This document shows positions 51,492-60,703 of a stretch of 64,000 nucleotides of DNA, piece after piece. A program made the translations under genes and the position numbers. Each line of letters opens with the position of its first letter. Position 1 is the stretch's first letter. Below the pieces are notes generated by a model. The model did not search any database and was not told the origin of the DNA. It saw nothing but the letters and a program-made list of their open reading frames with translations. This stretch comes from an uncultured bacterium (lineage in GTDB: Bacteria > Bacteroidota > Ignavibacteria > UBA10030 > BY39). Location of the stretch: NCBI GenBank assembly GCA_937967455.1, contig CALCJK010000016.1:27485-91484 (forward strand), written 5' to 3'.

Positions 51492-53351
51492 ATGAAAATT
51501 AATTTTATAGATAAATCCTTAATACCAATCTGGGAAAAAATACAGAATTCTGAAAGATTGTCGTTTGAAGATGGAATTAAGCTGTTTCAAACAAACGATT
51601 TAATTTCACTTGGTAAAATGGCTAATTGGTATAGCTTTACTAAAAGTGGTGATTCTGTTTATTTCGTGTTGAACAGAAAAATTGAACATACAAATATTTG
51701 TGTTCTTTCCTGTAAATTCTGTGATTTTGCTAAGAAAAAAGGTGAACCCGGTGCTTATGAAATGACAACGGAAGAGATATTATCCAAGCTTTCTGATGAA
51801 ATACAGGAGGTTCATATAACTGGTGCAATGCCACCTGATTGGAATTGGGAAAGATATATAGATATCGTTAAATCAATTCACTCTAAATTTCCAAAAATTG
51901 ATATTAAAGCGTATACAGCGGTTGAAATTGATTTTTTCCATAAGAAATTTAAAATACCAGTTGAGAATATTCTGCTCGAGTTGAAAGATGCTGGATTAAA
52001 AACTTTACCTGGTGGAGGAGCAGAGATATTTTCAGAACGAGTTCGTCGATTGCTTTTCAATCAAAAAATTGGAGAAAAACGCTGGCTTGAGATTCATAAA
52101 ATTGCGCATAGACTTGGAATTCCAAGTAATGCAACCATGCTATATGGACATATAGAAACTGTTGAAGAGAGAGTGTCACATTTGGTAAAACTTCGGAAAG
52201 CTCAAGACGAATCTGGAGGATTTCTGAGCTTTATCCCACTTGCATTTCAACCTGGTGAAACAGGTATAAAACCAAAAGAGGATTTCACTTCGGCAATTGA
52301 TGATCTTAAAACTATTGCTGTAAGTCGTTTGATGCTTGATAATATTCCACATATAAAAGCTTACTGGGTAATGTTAACTGAAGAGGTGGCTGCGGTTGCA
52401 TTGAATTTCGGAGCAGACGATATCGATGGAACAGTTGGCGAAGAACACATAGCACACGATGCTGGTGCAATTAGTCCAATGAAGTTAGCGAAAGAACAAA
52501 TTATCAGAATAATTAAAGAAGCCGGAAAAGTAGCTGTCGAAAGAGATGTGTTTTATAATCCAATAAAAATATATGGAAATAAAATTATAGGCAAAATTCC
52601 TTATTTAAATTCAATTCCAATTTATCACAACCTGAAAATCGAAGGATATAAAACTGTAACACTCTTTCCAAGCCAACTTGGTAAAATGATTGCTAATGGT
52701 GATATTAGTGCTGGGCTGATATCTCTTGTTGATTATTTTAAAAATAAGGATAAATTAAAAATTTCTAAATGGTGTGTATCGAGTCGTAATAAAGTTCAAA
52801 GTGTGATACTCTTTTCCAAATTTTCCTGGGAAAACTTACATAAGAAAAGAATTGGAATATCTGAAGAAACATCAACTTCAGTACTTTTACTAAAAATTTT
52901 ACTTTTGAAGAAGTACAATGTAAAAGCTGATTTTGAAATATTTAACCCTTCATTGAAAAACTATTCTGAGTACGATGCGATTTTATTAATTGGTGATAAT
53001 GCTCTTAGAGAACTATACAACCCTAAAAAGGATTTTAGCTATACTTATGATCTTTCAGAGGAGTGGTATAGCTGGCAGGGATTACCCTTTGTGTTTGCTG
53101 TTTGGGTTGAAAAGCAGAATTTTACTGATGAAATAATCGTTGATGATATTATTATTAAGCAGAATATAGATAAGAATTTATCTAACATTGGAAATATAAT
53201 TAGCTATTACAAAAGTACAATTTCTTTATCAGATGACAAATTAATTGAATACATTAAAGGATTTAAGTATGAGATTAATGAGGAAGAAAATTTAGCTATT
53301 AATAAATTCCAGAATTTACTTGAGGAAATTAATGTATGCTTGAAAGTATAA
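51492..53351 (+). CDS. radical-SAM menaquinone (futalosine-route) enzyme of the MqnC/MqnE family fused to a C-terminal MqnA/MqnD-fold domain
   Basis: The N-terminal half has CVLSCKFCDF (Cx3Cx2C) and parallels the next gene throughout. The C-terminal roughly 250 aa begin IIGKIPYLNSIPIYHN and contain PFVFAVWV, as in MqnA-type chorismate dehydratases. Confidence 0.7.
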   Translation: MKINFIDKSLIPIWEKIQNSERLSFEDGIKLFQTNDLISLGKMANWYSFTKSGDSVYFVLNRKIEHTNICVLSCKFCDFAKKKGEPGAYEMTTEEILSKLSDEIQEVHITGAMPPDWNWERYIDIVKSIHSKFPKIDIKAYTAVEIDFFHKKFKIPVENILLELKDAGLKTLPGGGAEIFSERVRRLLFNQKIGEKRWLEIHKIAHRLGIPSNATMLYGHIETVEERVSHLVKLRKAQDESGGFLSFIPLAFQPGETGIKPKEDFTSAIDDLKTIAVSRLMLDNIPHIKAYWVMLTEEVAAVALNFGADDIDGTVGEEHIAHDAGAISPMKLAKEQIIRIIKEAGKVAVERDVFYNPIKIYGNKIIGKIPYLNSIPIYHNLKIEGYKTVTLFPSQLGKMIANGDISAGLISLVDYFKNKDKLKISKWCVSSRNKVQSVILFSKFSWENLHKKRIGISEETSTSVLLLKILLLKKYNVKADFEIFNPSLKNYSEYDAILLIGDNALRELYNPKKDFSYTYDLSEEWYSWQGLPFVFAVWVEKQNFTDEIIVDDIIIKQNIDKNLSNIGNIISYYKSTISLSDDKLIEYIKGFKYEINEEENLAINKFQNLLEEINVCLKV

Positions 53352-54412
53352 TAAATAAAATAAATTCAAGTGAGAGAATAAATTTTGATGAGGCATTATA
53401 TCTTTTACGAAGAACTGATATTCTAGATCTTGGTGAACTTGGAAATATTATTAGGTTTCGAAAAAATCCTGATCCACATGTTACATTTGTTGTGGATACA
53501 AATCCAAATTATACAAATGTGTGTACAATTGATTGTATATTTTGTGCTTTTTATCGCCATCCAGGAGAAGAAGGAGAATATACTCTTTCTATCGATGAAT
53601 TAATTCAGAAGTTTAAAGAATCAGCAAACAAGGGTGTTACAACAATCTTACTTCAAGGTGGAGTAAACCCCAATTTGCCATTGGATTATTATCTTGAACT
53701 GGTTTATCGGACACGTAATGAAGTTCCAGAGATTCACCCTCATTTTTTTTCTGTTTCAGAAATTGTTGGAATGGCTGAGGTATCAAAACTTCCGATAGAA
53801 GAAGTTTTGCAGAGATTGTGGGATGCTGGTTTAAGAACTATCCCTGGTGGAGGTGCTGAAATTTTATCAGATCGGATTAAGAAAAAAATCTCGCATAAGA
53901 AAGAAACTTCCGAGCAATGGCTGAACGTTATGCGAGTTGCACATCGAATTGGATTTAAAACTACGGCAACTATGATGTATGGGCACCTCGAAACGGATGA
54001 AGATATTATTCTGCATCTGGAAAGTCTACGAAAATTGCAAGACGAAACACAGGGTTTTACTGCATTCATTCCCTGGTCTTTTAAGCCAGGTAATACCCCG
54101 CTTGAAAAAATTATACCACATTATGCATCAAGCACCAGATATTTACAAATAATTGCATTATCCAGAATTTATCTGGATAATTTTCCTCATGTTCAAGCAT
54201 CATGGTTTTCAGAAGGTAAAAAAATTGGCCAGATAGCACTACATTTTGGTGCTGACGATTTTGGCGGAACATTACTCGAAGAGAATGTCCATGCAGCAGC
54301 CAATTATGTAAGTAAATCCAATACTGATGAAGTTATTAGTTTGATAAAGAAAGCAGGTTTTATTCCTGTACAAAGAACAACTCTATACGAGATATTAAAG
54401 ATATATAATTGA
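53336..54412 (+). CDS. radical-SAM menaquinone (futalosine-route) enzyme, MqnC/MqnE family
   Basis: It has CTIDCIFCAF (Cx3Cx2C) and strong end-to-end similarity to the N-terminal half of the previous gene (GGGAEI..., TATMMYGH..., FGADDFGGT...). Confidence 0.75.
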   Translation: MLESIINKINSSERINFDEALYLLRRTDILDLGELGNIIRFRKNPDPHVTFVVDTNPNYTNVCTIDCIFCAFYRHPGEEGEYTLSIDELIQKFKESANKGVTTILLQGGVNPNLPLDYYLELVYRTRNEVPEIHPHFFSVSEIVGMAEVSKLPIEEVLQRLWDAGLRTIPGGGAEILSDRIKKKISHKKETSEQWLNVMRVAHRIGFKTTATMMYGHLETDEDIILHLESLRKLQDETQGFTAFIPWSFKPGNTPLEKIIPHYASSTRYLQIIALSRIYLDNFPHVQASWFSEGKKIGQIALHFGADDFGGTLLEENVHAAANYVSKSNTDEVISLIKKAGFIPVQRTTLYEILKIYN

Positions 54413-54416
54413 TGAA

Positions 54417-55772
54417 ATGGAAATCGAACCAATTATTACTCCACTAAACATTGAGCTATCTCCTATTGAGCTTTTCAGGCGTCTTGAACTAAAACGAGGT
54501 AATGTATTGCTTGAAAGCTCATTATATCATCCGCAAATTTCAAATCAATCAATAATTGCCTTTAACCCGAAAAAGATTATTGAATTGGAAACCTCTGATC
54601 TAAAAATACCTTCAAATACAAATTATTTTATTGAGGAATATTTACAAGAACTAAGACAGATGTTTAATGCATATAAAACATCAAATAACAAATATTTTCC
54701 AGGAGGTTTAATTGGTTACTTTAGCTACGATTTTGGATTGAGATTTGAGAATGTCATATCAAAAAATGAGTCTTTAATTGATTTACCTGAATTGTTTTTT
54801 GGAGTATATGAAAATGCATTAGTCTATGATCATGATTCAAAGCGTTGGTTTGCAACAGGGATTGAAGATGTTAATCAGATAATAAAGTTAGTTTATGAGC
54901 GATTGAATCAGAAACCGTTACTTGTAGACTCACAGGAATCTGTAAATTTAAAATCAAATTTTTTGTACAATGATTACATAAATGCAGTTAATAAAGTTAA
55001 AGATTATATTAAAAATGGAGATATATATCAGGCAAATCTTACCCATCAATTTTATGGACACACAGAAGAAAAAGCAATTGATATATATACGAAGTTGCGA
55101 CTAACAAATCCAGCTCCATATTCTGCTATATTATGTGTCGATAAAGATAGGTATATTTTAAGTTCTTCTCCAGAATTATTCCTTGATGTTGATGGTAAAC
55201 GAGTTCAGACCAGACCAATTAAAGGTACGATTCAGCGCGGAAAAACAATTGAAGAAGACGAAAAATTGAAAGAGCAACTTCTTTCAAGTAAAAAAGATGA
55301 AGCAGAATTAGTTATGATAGTAGATCTTGAGAGAAATGATTTGAATCGAGTTTGTAAAACAAATAGTGTACAGGTTAATCCATTAAAACAAATTGAGACT
55401 TTTGCAAGTGTTCATCATCTATTTTCCTGTATTTTTGGTGAACTTGATGATGAATCTGATGTTTTTGATTTAATAAGAGCTTCTTTTCCTGGTGGTTCAA
55501 TAACAGGTGCGCCAAAAATTCGAGCAATGCAAATAATTAATGAGCTTGAACCACATAAAAGAGGCATTTATACAGGATCGATAGGTTATATAGGTTTTAA
55601 TAACAAAGCAAAATTTAATATAGCAATTCGAACTATTGCATATAATAAAGGTAAAATTGCAATTGGTCTCGGTGGTGGAATTGTTGCAGATAGCATACCT
55701 GAGCTTGAATATCAAGAAACATTGCACAAAGGCAAGGCAATATTTGAAGCAATCGGAGCGAAGATTTTATGA
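54417..55772 (+). CDS. chorismate-utilising enzyme, aminodeoxychorismate synthase component I-like
   Basis: RPIKGTIQRG and MIVDLERNDL match the PabB/TrpE core. FPGGSITGAPKIRAMQII is present. The size is 451 aa. Confidence 0.75.
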   Translation: MEIEPIITPLNIELSPIELFRRLELKRGNVLLESSLYHPQISNQSIIAFNPKKIIELETSDLKIPSNTNYFIEEYLQELRQMFNAYKTSNNKYFPGGLIGYFSYDFGLRFENVISKNESLIDLPELFFGVYENALVYDHDSKRWFATGIEDVNQIIKLVYERLNQKPLLVDSQESVNLKSNFLYNDYINAVNKVKDYIKNGDIYQANLTHQFYGHTEEKAIDIYTKLRLTNPAPYSAILCVDKDRYILSSSPELFLDVDGKRVQTRPIKGTIQRGKTIEEDEKLKEQLLSSKKDEAELVMIVDLERNDLNRVCKTNSVQVNPLKQIETFASVHHLFSCIFGELDDESDVFDLIRASFPGGSITGAPKIRAMQIINELEPHKRGIYTGSIGYIGFNNKAKFNIAIRTIAYNKGKIAIGLGGGIVADSIPELEYQETLHKGKAIFEAIGAKIL

Positions 55773-56569
55773 TTATTTTTTTAAACGGGGATTTTATAGA
55801 AAAGAACAATGCTAAAGTTAATCCTTTTAATTCGGGATTTTTATATGGGAAGGGATTTTTTGAGACATTTCGAGTAATTAAAAAAAAACCTATTTTGTTG
55901 AGAGAACATATAGAACGACTTAATAAATCTCTGGAGTTTTTTAATTTTGAAAAAGTTAATTATGATTACATCGAAACAGTTATCAATCAATTAATTGAAA
56001 TTAACAATCTAAATTCAGCACGAGTAAGAGTAACTGTAAATCATAATTTAGTAAACGGAAACAATATCTTGGTTAATATTGATGAGTTCAAACCAACATT
56101 TGGAGAATTTGTTTCAGTTATGGTTTTTGATAGTAAAATTATACATGGTGACATAATCCGAATGCACAAATCTACAAGTTATTTATATAATGATTTTGCT
56201 TATGAAGAAGCTAAAGCATTTGGTTATGATGAAGCAGTTTTTGTTGATAATCTAAATCACATAATCGAAGGTACAAGGACAAATGTTTTTATTGTAAAGA
56301 ATGGGGCGGTTTATACACCCTCACTTGATTGTGGAATTTTACCAGGAATTACAAGAAAATTTGTTATTGAAAGCGGTAGAGAGGCAGGTATTATTGTTAA
56401 GGAAAAGTTAATTTCCTACGATGAATTTTTGTATGCCGATGAGATTTTCTTGACTAATTCCTTAAATGGTATCATAAAAGTGAAGAAGGTTAATGATAGA
56501 CTAATTGATAATTTCCTTTTTGCAAAAAAATTTGAAATAATTTTTAAAGATAAACTGGAATTTTATTAA
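55769..56569 (+). CDS. class-IV aminotransferase fold protein, aminodeoxychorismate lyase-like
   Basis: FFETFRV and GILPGITRK are present, and the size (266 aa) fits PabC. It is translationally coupled to the upstream PabB-like gene. Confidence 0.65.
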   Translation: MIIFLNGDFIEKNNAKVNPFNSGFLYGKGFFETFRVIKKKPILLREHIERLNKSLEFFNFEKVNYDYIETVINQLIEINNLNSARVRVTVNHNLVNGNNILVNIDEFKPTFGEFVSVMVFDSKIIHGDIIRMHKSTSYLYNDFAYEEAKAFGYDEAVFVDNLNHIIEGTRTNVFIVKNGAVYTPSLDCGILPGITRKFVIESGREAGIIVKEKLISYDEFLYADEIFLTNSLNGIIKVKKVNDRLIDNFLFAKKFEIIFKDKLEFY

Positions 56570-56585
56570 AATAAGGATATTAATT

Positions 56586-57125
56586 ATGGCAATTTTAAAA
56601 GAAGAAGAGTTCAGGTTGGAAAATGTTTTAAGAATAGCGCAACAAATGTCAGCTGCTGCAAGGACTGCTCCTAAAGCTAGAGGCATTGATAACCTCATTA
56701 TTGCAATTGTAGATAAAGAAGGGATAAAAAAAATTGCAGAGAGAATGCAAGAGTTATCAAAGCAAGGTGAGGGATTTTCTTTTTTTTCTCGAGATGCAAA
56801 CAATATATTGAATTGTGAGTTTTTGTTATTGATCGGAACCAGAATTAAAAGTTTGGGCTTAAAAAATTGCAATCTGTGTGGATTTGATAGTTGTGAGGAA
56901 AAAGATAAACACCCCAAAATACCATGTGTATTTAATGTAAACGATTTAGGTATTGCGATTGGTTCGGCTGTAAGTATAGCGGCAAATAATCGTATTGATA
57001 ATCGTGTAATGTATTCAGTTGGTTTTGCAGCTGTTAATTTAAATTTACTTGGTGAAGATGTAAATATAGCATTTGGGATACCATTAAGTATATCTTCTAA
57101 GAATATATTTTTTGATCGTAAATAA
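56586..57125 (+). CDS. Cys-containing hypothetical protein (ferredoxin-domain-like)
   Basis: It has the cysteine motif CNLCGFDSC...IPC. No firm family assignment. Confidence 0.35.
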   Translation: MAILKEEEFRLENVLRIAQQMSAAARTAPKARGIDNLIIAIVDKEGIKKIAERMQELSKQGEGFSFFSRDANNILNCEFLLLIGTRIKSLGLKNCNLCGFDSCEEKDKHPKIPCVFNVNDLGIAIGSAVSIAANNRIDNRVMYSVGFAAVNLNLLGEDVNIAFGIPLSISSKNIFFDRK

Positions 57126-57139
57126 AAAGGAGAAGATTT

Positions 57140-57643
57140 ATGAGAAATATGACAAAATTGAATCTAGAAGCAGCTTTTGCGGGTGAAAGTCAGGCATATA
57201 TGAAGTATACAATATATGCTGAAAAAGCAGAAAGAGAAGGATTTCACAAAGTTGCTAAGTTATTCAGAGCAATTGCATTTGCTGAAAAGATTCATGCTAC
57301 AAACCATTTTCGTGTACTTGAAAAAATTAGAAGTACCACTGAGAATCTTTATGATGCTGCTGCGGGCGAAAATTATGAAGTAGAAGAAATGTATCCAGCT
57401 TTTGATGCAGTTGCGAGGTTACAAAATGAAAAAGTTGCGGTTCAGTCATTCTACTATGCAGTTACAGCTGAAAAAGTACATGAGTCGATGTACAAGAAAG
57501 CAAAGGAATCAGTAGAAAAAGGAGAAGATATCATTGCGAACAATATTTATGTATGTCCAGTATGTGGTCATACAGTAATTGATGAAGTACCTGATAAATG
57601 CCCTGTTTGTGGATTGTCGAAGGAAAAATATGAGAAGTTTTAA
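57140..57643 (+). CDS. rubrerythrin
   Basis: The ferritin-like di-iron region (EAAFAGESQAYMKY, FAEKIHA) is followed by a C-terminal rubredoxin-like CPVCGH...CPVCG. The RBS is AAAAGGAG. Confidence 0.85.
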   Translation: MRNMTKLNLEAAFAGESQAYMKYTIYAEKAEREGFHKVAKLFRAIAFAEKIHATNHFRVLEKIRSTTENLYDAAAGENYEVEEMYPAFDAVARLQNEKVAVQSFYYAVTAEKVHESMYKKAKESVEKGEDIIANNIYVCPVCGHTVIDEVPDKCPVCGLSKEKYEKF

Positions 57644-59022
57644 TTGGTAATTTGATGTTCTTTTCCTAGTTCTGGAATGATTATTTTAATATCGGTTATT
57701 TTTTCCTGAACTTTAGTTTGTATCCATTTCATTCCTTCTGGTTCACCATGTACAAGTATTAGCGTTTTTGGCTTTAAAATTTTTACAAGGTTAATTAATT
57801 CTTCCCGATTAGAATGAGTTGAGAACCTAAAGTAATCAACATCGCACATTATTTTAATTTCTTCAGTCGATGCGGTTAGTTTAATAACATCATTTTTGTT
57901 TGAGTTTAATATTCTATAACCTGGTGATTTGGGATCCAGATAACCAACGAAGAATATTGCAAAATTCTTATATTTTAACCATCTTTGTGCGAGTAAATAA
58001 GATACTGTGTTTTCAAAAACCATTCCACTTGAGGCTAACACTATACTTGGGACTTTAAAATACTTGTCACTTAATAGATTTTCTTGGTTTAGTTGCGATT
58101 GAGGTATATTTTTTAATATTATTTTATTGTTAGTACGTTTGGAGGTGTATCTGTGTAAATCATATATTGAAGAAATTTCTGTACCTAATCCTCCTGTATA
58201 AACATCAAGTTCTGGAATTGAACCTTTTTTCATCAGAGTATTTAACAGGGCAAGCATTTCCTGTAGTTTTCCTAGTGCAAAAACAGGAATTAAAATCGAT
58301 CCTCCGTTGTCAACAATTTTATTTATTGCTTTTATAAAACGTTTGATTTCCTCTTTTCTGGTTATAGTAGTTTCATTTGTTGCCGTAGTACATTCAAGGA
58401 TTAGAATATCAATATTTTCATTTGGGTAATCAGCACCAGCCATAATGGTTTGTTTACTTGCACATGTGTCGCCAGTGAAGAATATTTTATGATTGGCTGT
58501 TTTCAATAAAAATCCTGCTGATCCAAGTATATGACCTGCATCAAAAACCGAAATCTCTATAGGTTTGATAGATTTGTGATGATATCCTTCTAATTCAATA
58601 CTTTCTTTAACTTTTATTATATTAAATGTTTCAATTAGCAAATCAATTTGTTCTCTGGGATAATATGGAAGTGGATCTGTATCTAAAATTTCTTTTTGTG
58701 ATAAGAACAAACTATTGTGTAGCATCACTTCTGCTATATCTCGCGTCTGTGGAGTTGTATATATTTTAATATGGGGATATTTTTGTATTAAATATGGTAG
58801 AGCTCCAATATGGTCAATATGTGAATGAGAAATTAACGCATAATCTGTGTCAAAATTTTTGAGTATTTCAAAATCAGGTAGTGATTCAATACCTTTTTTT
58901 TCCGGATGTAATCCTGCTTCAAGAATTATTCCTGTTCCGTTCACATTTAAATAATAACAATTTGCGCCAATTTCTTTTTCGCCACCAATTAATGTGAATG
59001 ATATTTTATCATTTTTAAGCAT
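57640..59022 (-). CDS. metallo-beta-lactamase fold hydrolase, beta-CASP-like
   Basis: The MBL motif HSHIDHIGALP is present. The roughly 460-aa length fits beta-CASP RNA-metabolising MBL proteins. Confidence 0.7.
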   Translation of the reverse strand: MLKNDKISFTLIGGEKEIGANCYYLNVNGTGIILEAGLHPEKKGIESLPDFEILKNFDTDYALISHSHIDHIGALPYLIQKYPHIKIYTTPQTRDIAEVMLHNSLFLSQKEILDTDPLPYYPREQIDLLIETFNIIKVKESIELEGYHHKSIKPIEISVFDAGHILGSAGFLLKTANHKIFFTGDTCASKQTIMAGADYPNENIDILILECTTATNETTITRKEEIKRFIKAINKIVDNGGSILIPVFALGKLQEMLALLNTLMKKGSIPELDVYTGGLGTEISSIYDLHRYTSKRTNNKIILKNIPQSQLNQENLLSDKYFKVPSIVLASSGMVFENTVSYLLAQRWLKYKNFAIFFVGYLDPKSPGYRILNSNKNDVIKLTASTEEIKIMCDVDYFRFSTHSNREELINLVKILKPKTLILVHGEPEGMKWIQTKVQEKITDIKIIIPELGKEHQITN

Positions 59023-59883
59023 CTAAATTAATTCGATGTTTGGAATGTTAGATATAAGTCCACGTTCATAAGCTAATTTATAAAGTAATTCAAGTGCAGA
59101 TTTTCCGTTTTCTCCCATGTCGATTGTTAACTGGCTAACGTACATCTTTACAAATTTTTCTCCTAAATTGCGATCAAGTCCACGACCAAATTTTAAAGAG
59201 TAATTTATTGCAGCATCCAAGTTGTTATAACCAAATTCTATGCTTTCCTTCAGTGCTTTGGAAATTTTATATGCCAACTCTTTTCCTAAATCTTTTCTTA
59301 TTACATCTAATCCAAGTGGTAAAGGTAGACCTGATGTAAAGTTGTTCCAGTATTCTCCAAAGTCGATTATTTTATGGAAACCTAAATTCCTAAAAGTTAA
59401 TTGGCCTTCATGAATAATTACTCCTGCATCAAATTCACCATTGTTAATTCTTTCCATAATTTGATCAAAAGGAATATCGATATTATAAATATCCTCAGTA
59501 AAAATTTTAAATAAAAGTGTAGCTGTAGTTAAAGCTCCTGGTGTAGCAACTCTTTTACCTTTTAATTCTTCAACCGATTTATAATTTTTTGAGATAAGTA
59601 CAGGACCATAACATTCCCCCATGCTTGCACCAGTTCTCATAATCCAATATTTTTCCGAAACGATTGGATAGGCATGTGCGCTGATTGCAGTTATTTCAAG
59701 TTCACCTCTGATAGCTCTTTGGTTTAAGGATTGAATATCTTCTAATACATGTTCAATTTTATAATCATCAATTTTTACATTTCCTGATGCGATTCCATAA
59801 AACATAAATGCGTCGTCAGGATCAGGACTATGTCCAATTTTTAAAACTTTATTATTCATTATAACCTCATAATTTTGTCCCAT
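59023..59883 (-). CDS. MqnA/MqnD-family menaquinone biosynthesis protein (probably 1,4-dihydroxy-6-naphthoate synthase, MqnD)
   Basis: LKIGHSPDPDDAFMFYG resembles the conserved N-terminal motif of the MqnA/MqnD family. It is co-operonic with menG. Confidence 0.65.
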   Translation of the reverse strand: MGQNYEVIMNNKVLKIGHSPDPDDAFMFYGIASGNVKIDDYKIEHVLEDIQSLNQRAIRGELEITAISAHAYPIVSEKYWIMRTGASMGECYGPVLISKNYKSVEELKGKRVATPGALTTATLLFKIFTEDIYNIDIPFDQIMERINNGEFDAGVIIHEGQLTFRNLGFHKIIDFGEYWNNFTSGLPLPLGLDVIRKDLGKELAYKISKALKESIEFGYNNLDAAINYSLKFGRGLDRNLGEKFVKMYVSQLTIDMGENGKSALELLYKLAYERGLISNIPNIELI

Positions 59884-60574
59884 AATAAATTGTAACTATA
59901 CCGAATGTTAATGTTTTGTGCTGTACGTTCGTAAAACCTATTTCTTCCAAAATTTTGTTTAATTCCGTTCCTTCAGGAAATTGCATTACTGTATTTGGTA
60001 AATATGTATAAGCAATTTTGTTCTTGGAAATAAGTTTTCCAATCAATGGTAAAATATTTCGAAAGTAAAAAAAGTAAATTTTTTTGAAAATTATATTTTT
60101 TGGTTTAGAAAATTCAAGTATAATTAACTTTCCATTTTTTGCGAGTACTCTATGAATTTCAGATAATCCTTTTTTTAGATTATTAAAATTCCTGATTCCA
60201 AAAGCTGTAATGGCAGCTTGGAATGATTCATTTTTGAATGGTAGATATTCAGCGTTTGCTTTTTGAAAAAATATTTTCTTCTGTAATTCTGCTTTTTCTA
60301 TTTTGACTTTTGCAATTTCTAACATATTTTCAGCTATGTCGATACCAATAACTGTCTTACATCCATATTTTGCTGCAATTATTCCAAAATCTCCTGTTCC
60401 ACAAGCGACGTCTAATATTAGTTCTGGAGCTGGTAGTCCTAAGAATTTAATGGCTCTTCTTCGCCAATAAAAATCCATTCCACCGCTCAAAAAATGATTT
60501 AAAAAATCATATGTTTTGGCAATGGAATTGAAAAGATTTGCTACCTGAGATGTCGTATATTTTTTATCCACCAT
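59867..60574 (-). CDS. ubiE: demethylmenaquinone / ubiquinone C-methyltransferase
   Basis: MVDKKYTTSQVANLFNSIAKTYDFLN parallels the E. coli UbiE N-terminus. The SAM motif LDVACGTGDF is present. The track start (60628) is replaced by the internal Met at 60574. Confidence 0.85.
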   Translation of the reverse strand: MVDKKYTTSQVANLFNSIAKTYDFLNHFLSGGMDFYWRRRAIKFLGLPAPELILDVACGTGDFGIIAAKYGCKTVIGIDIAENMLEIAKVKIEKAELQKKIFFQKANAEYLPFKNESFQAAITAFGIRNFNNLKKGLSEIHRVLAKNGKLIILEFSKPKNIIFKKIYFFYFRNILPLIGKLISKNKIAYTYLPNTVMQFPEGTELNKILEEIGFTNVQHKTLTFGIVTIYYGTKL

Positions 60575-60703
60575 TTTGCTAAATTTGTTTTTAAGATAAC
60601 CAAAGATTTTTAAAAATACAAGATACATTATTTGATTTTAAGTGCTACTATTATTATAATTAATATGTTAAATAAAAATATTAGATGTTTTATGATAATA
60701 GTG

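Noticed and set aside
60575-60628. 18-codon N-terminal extension of menG/ubiE (MYLVFLKIFGYLKNKFSK)
   Set aside because: UbiE/MenG homologues begin at MVDK. The extension has no counterpart and would run into the divergent promoter region.
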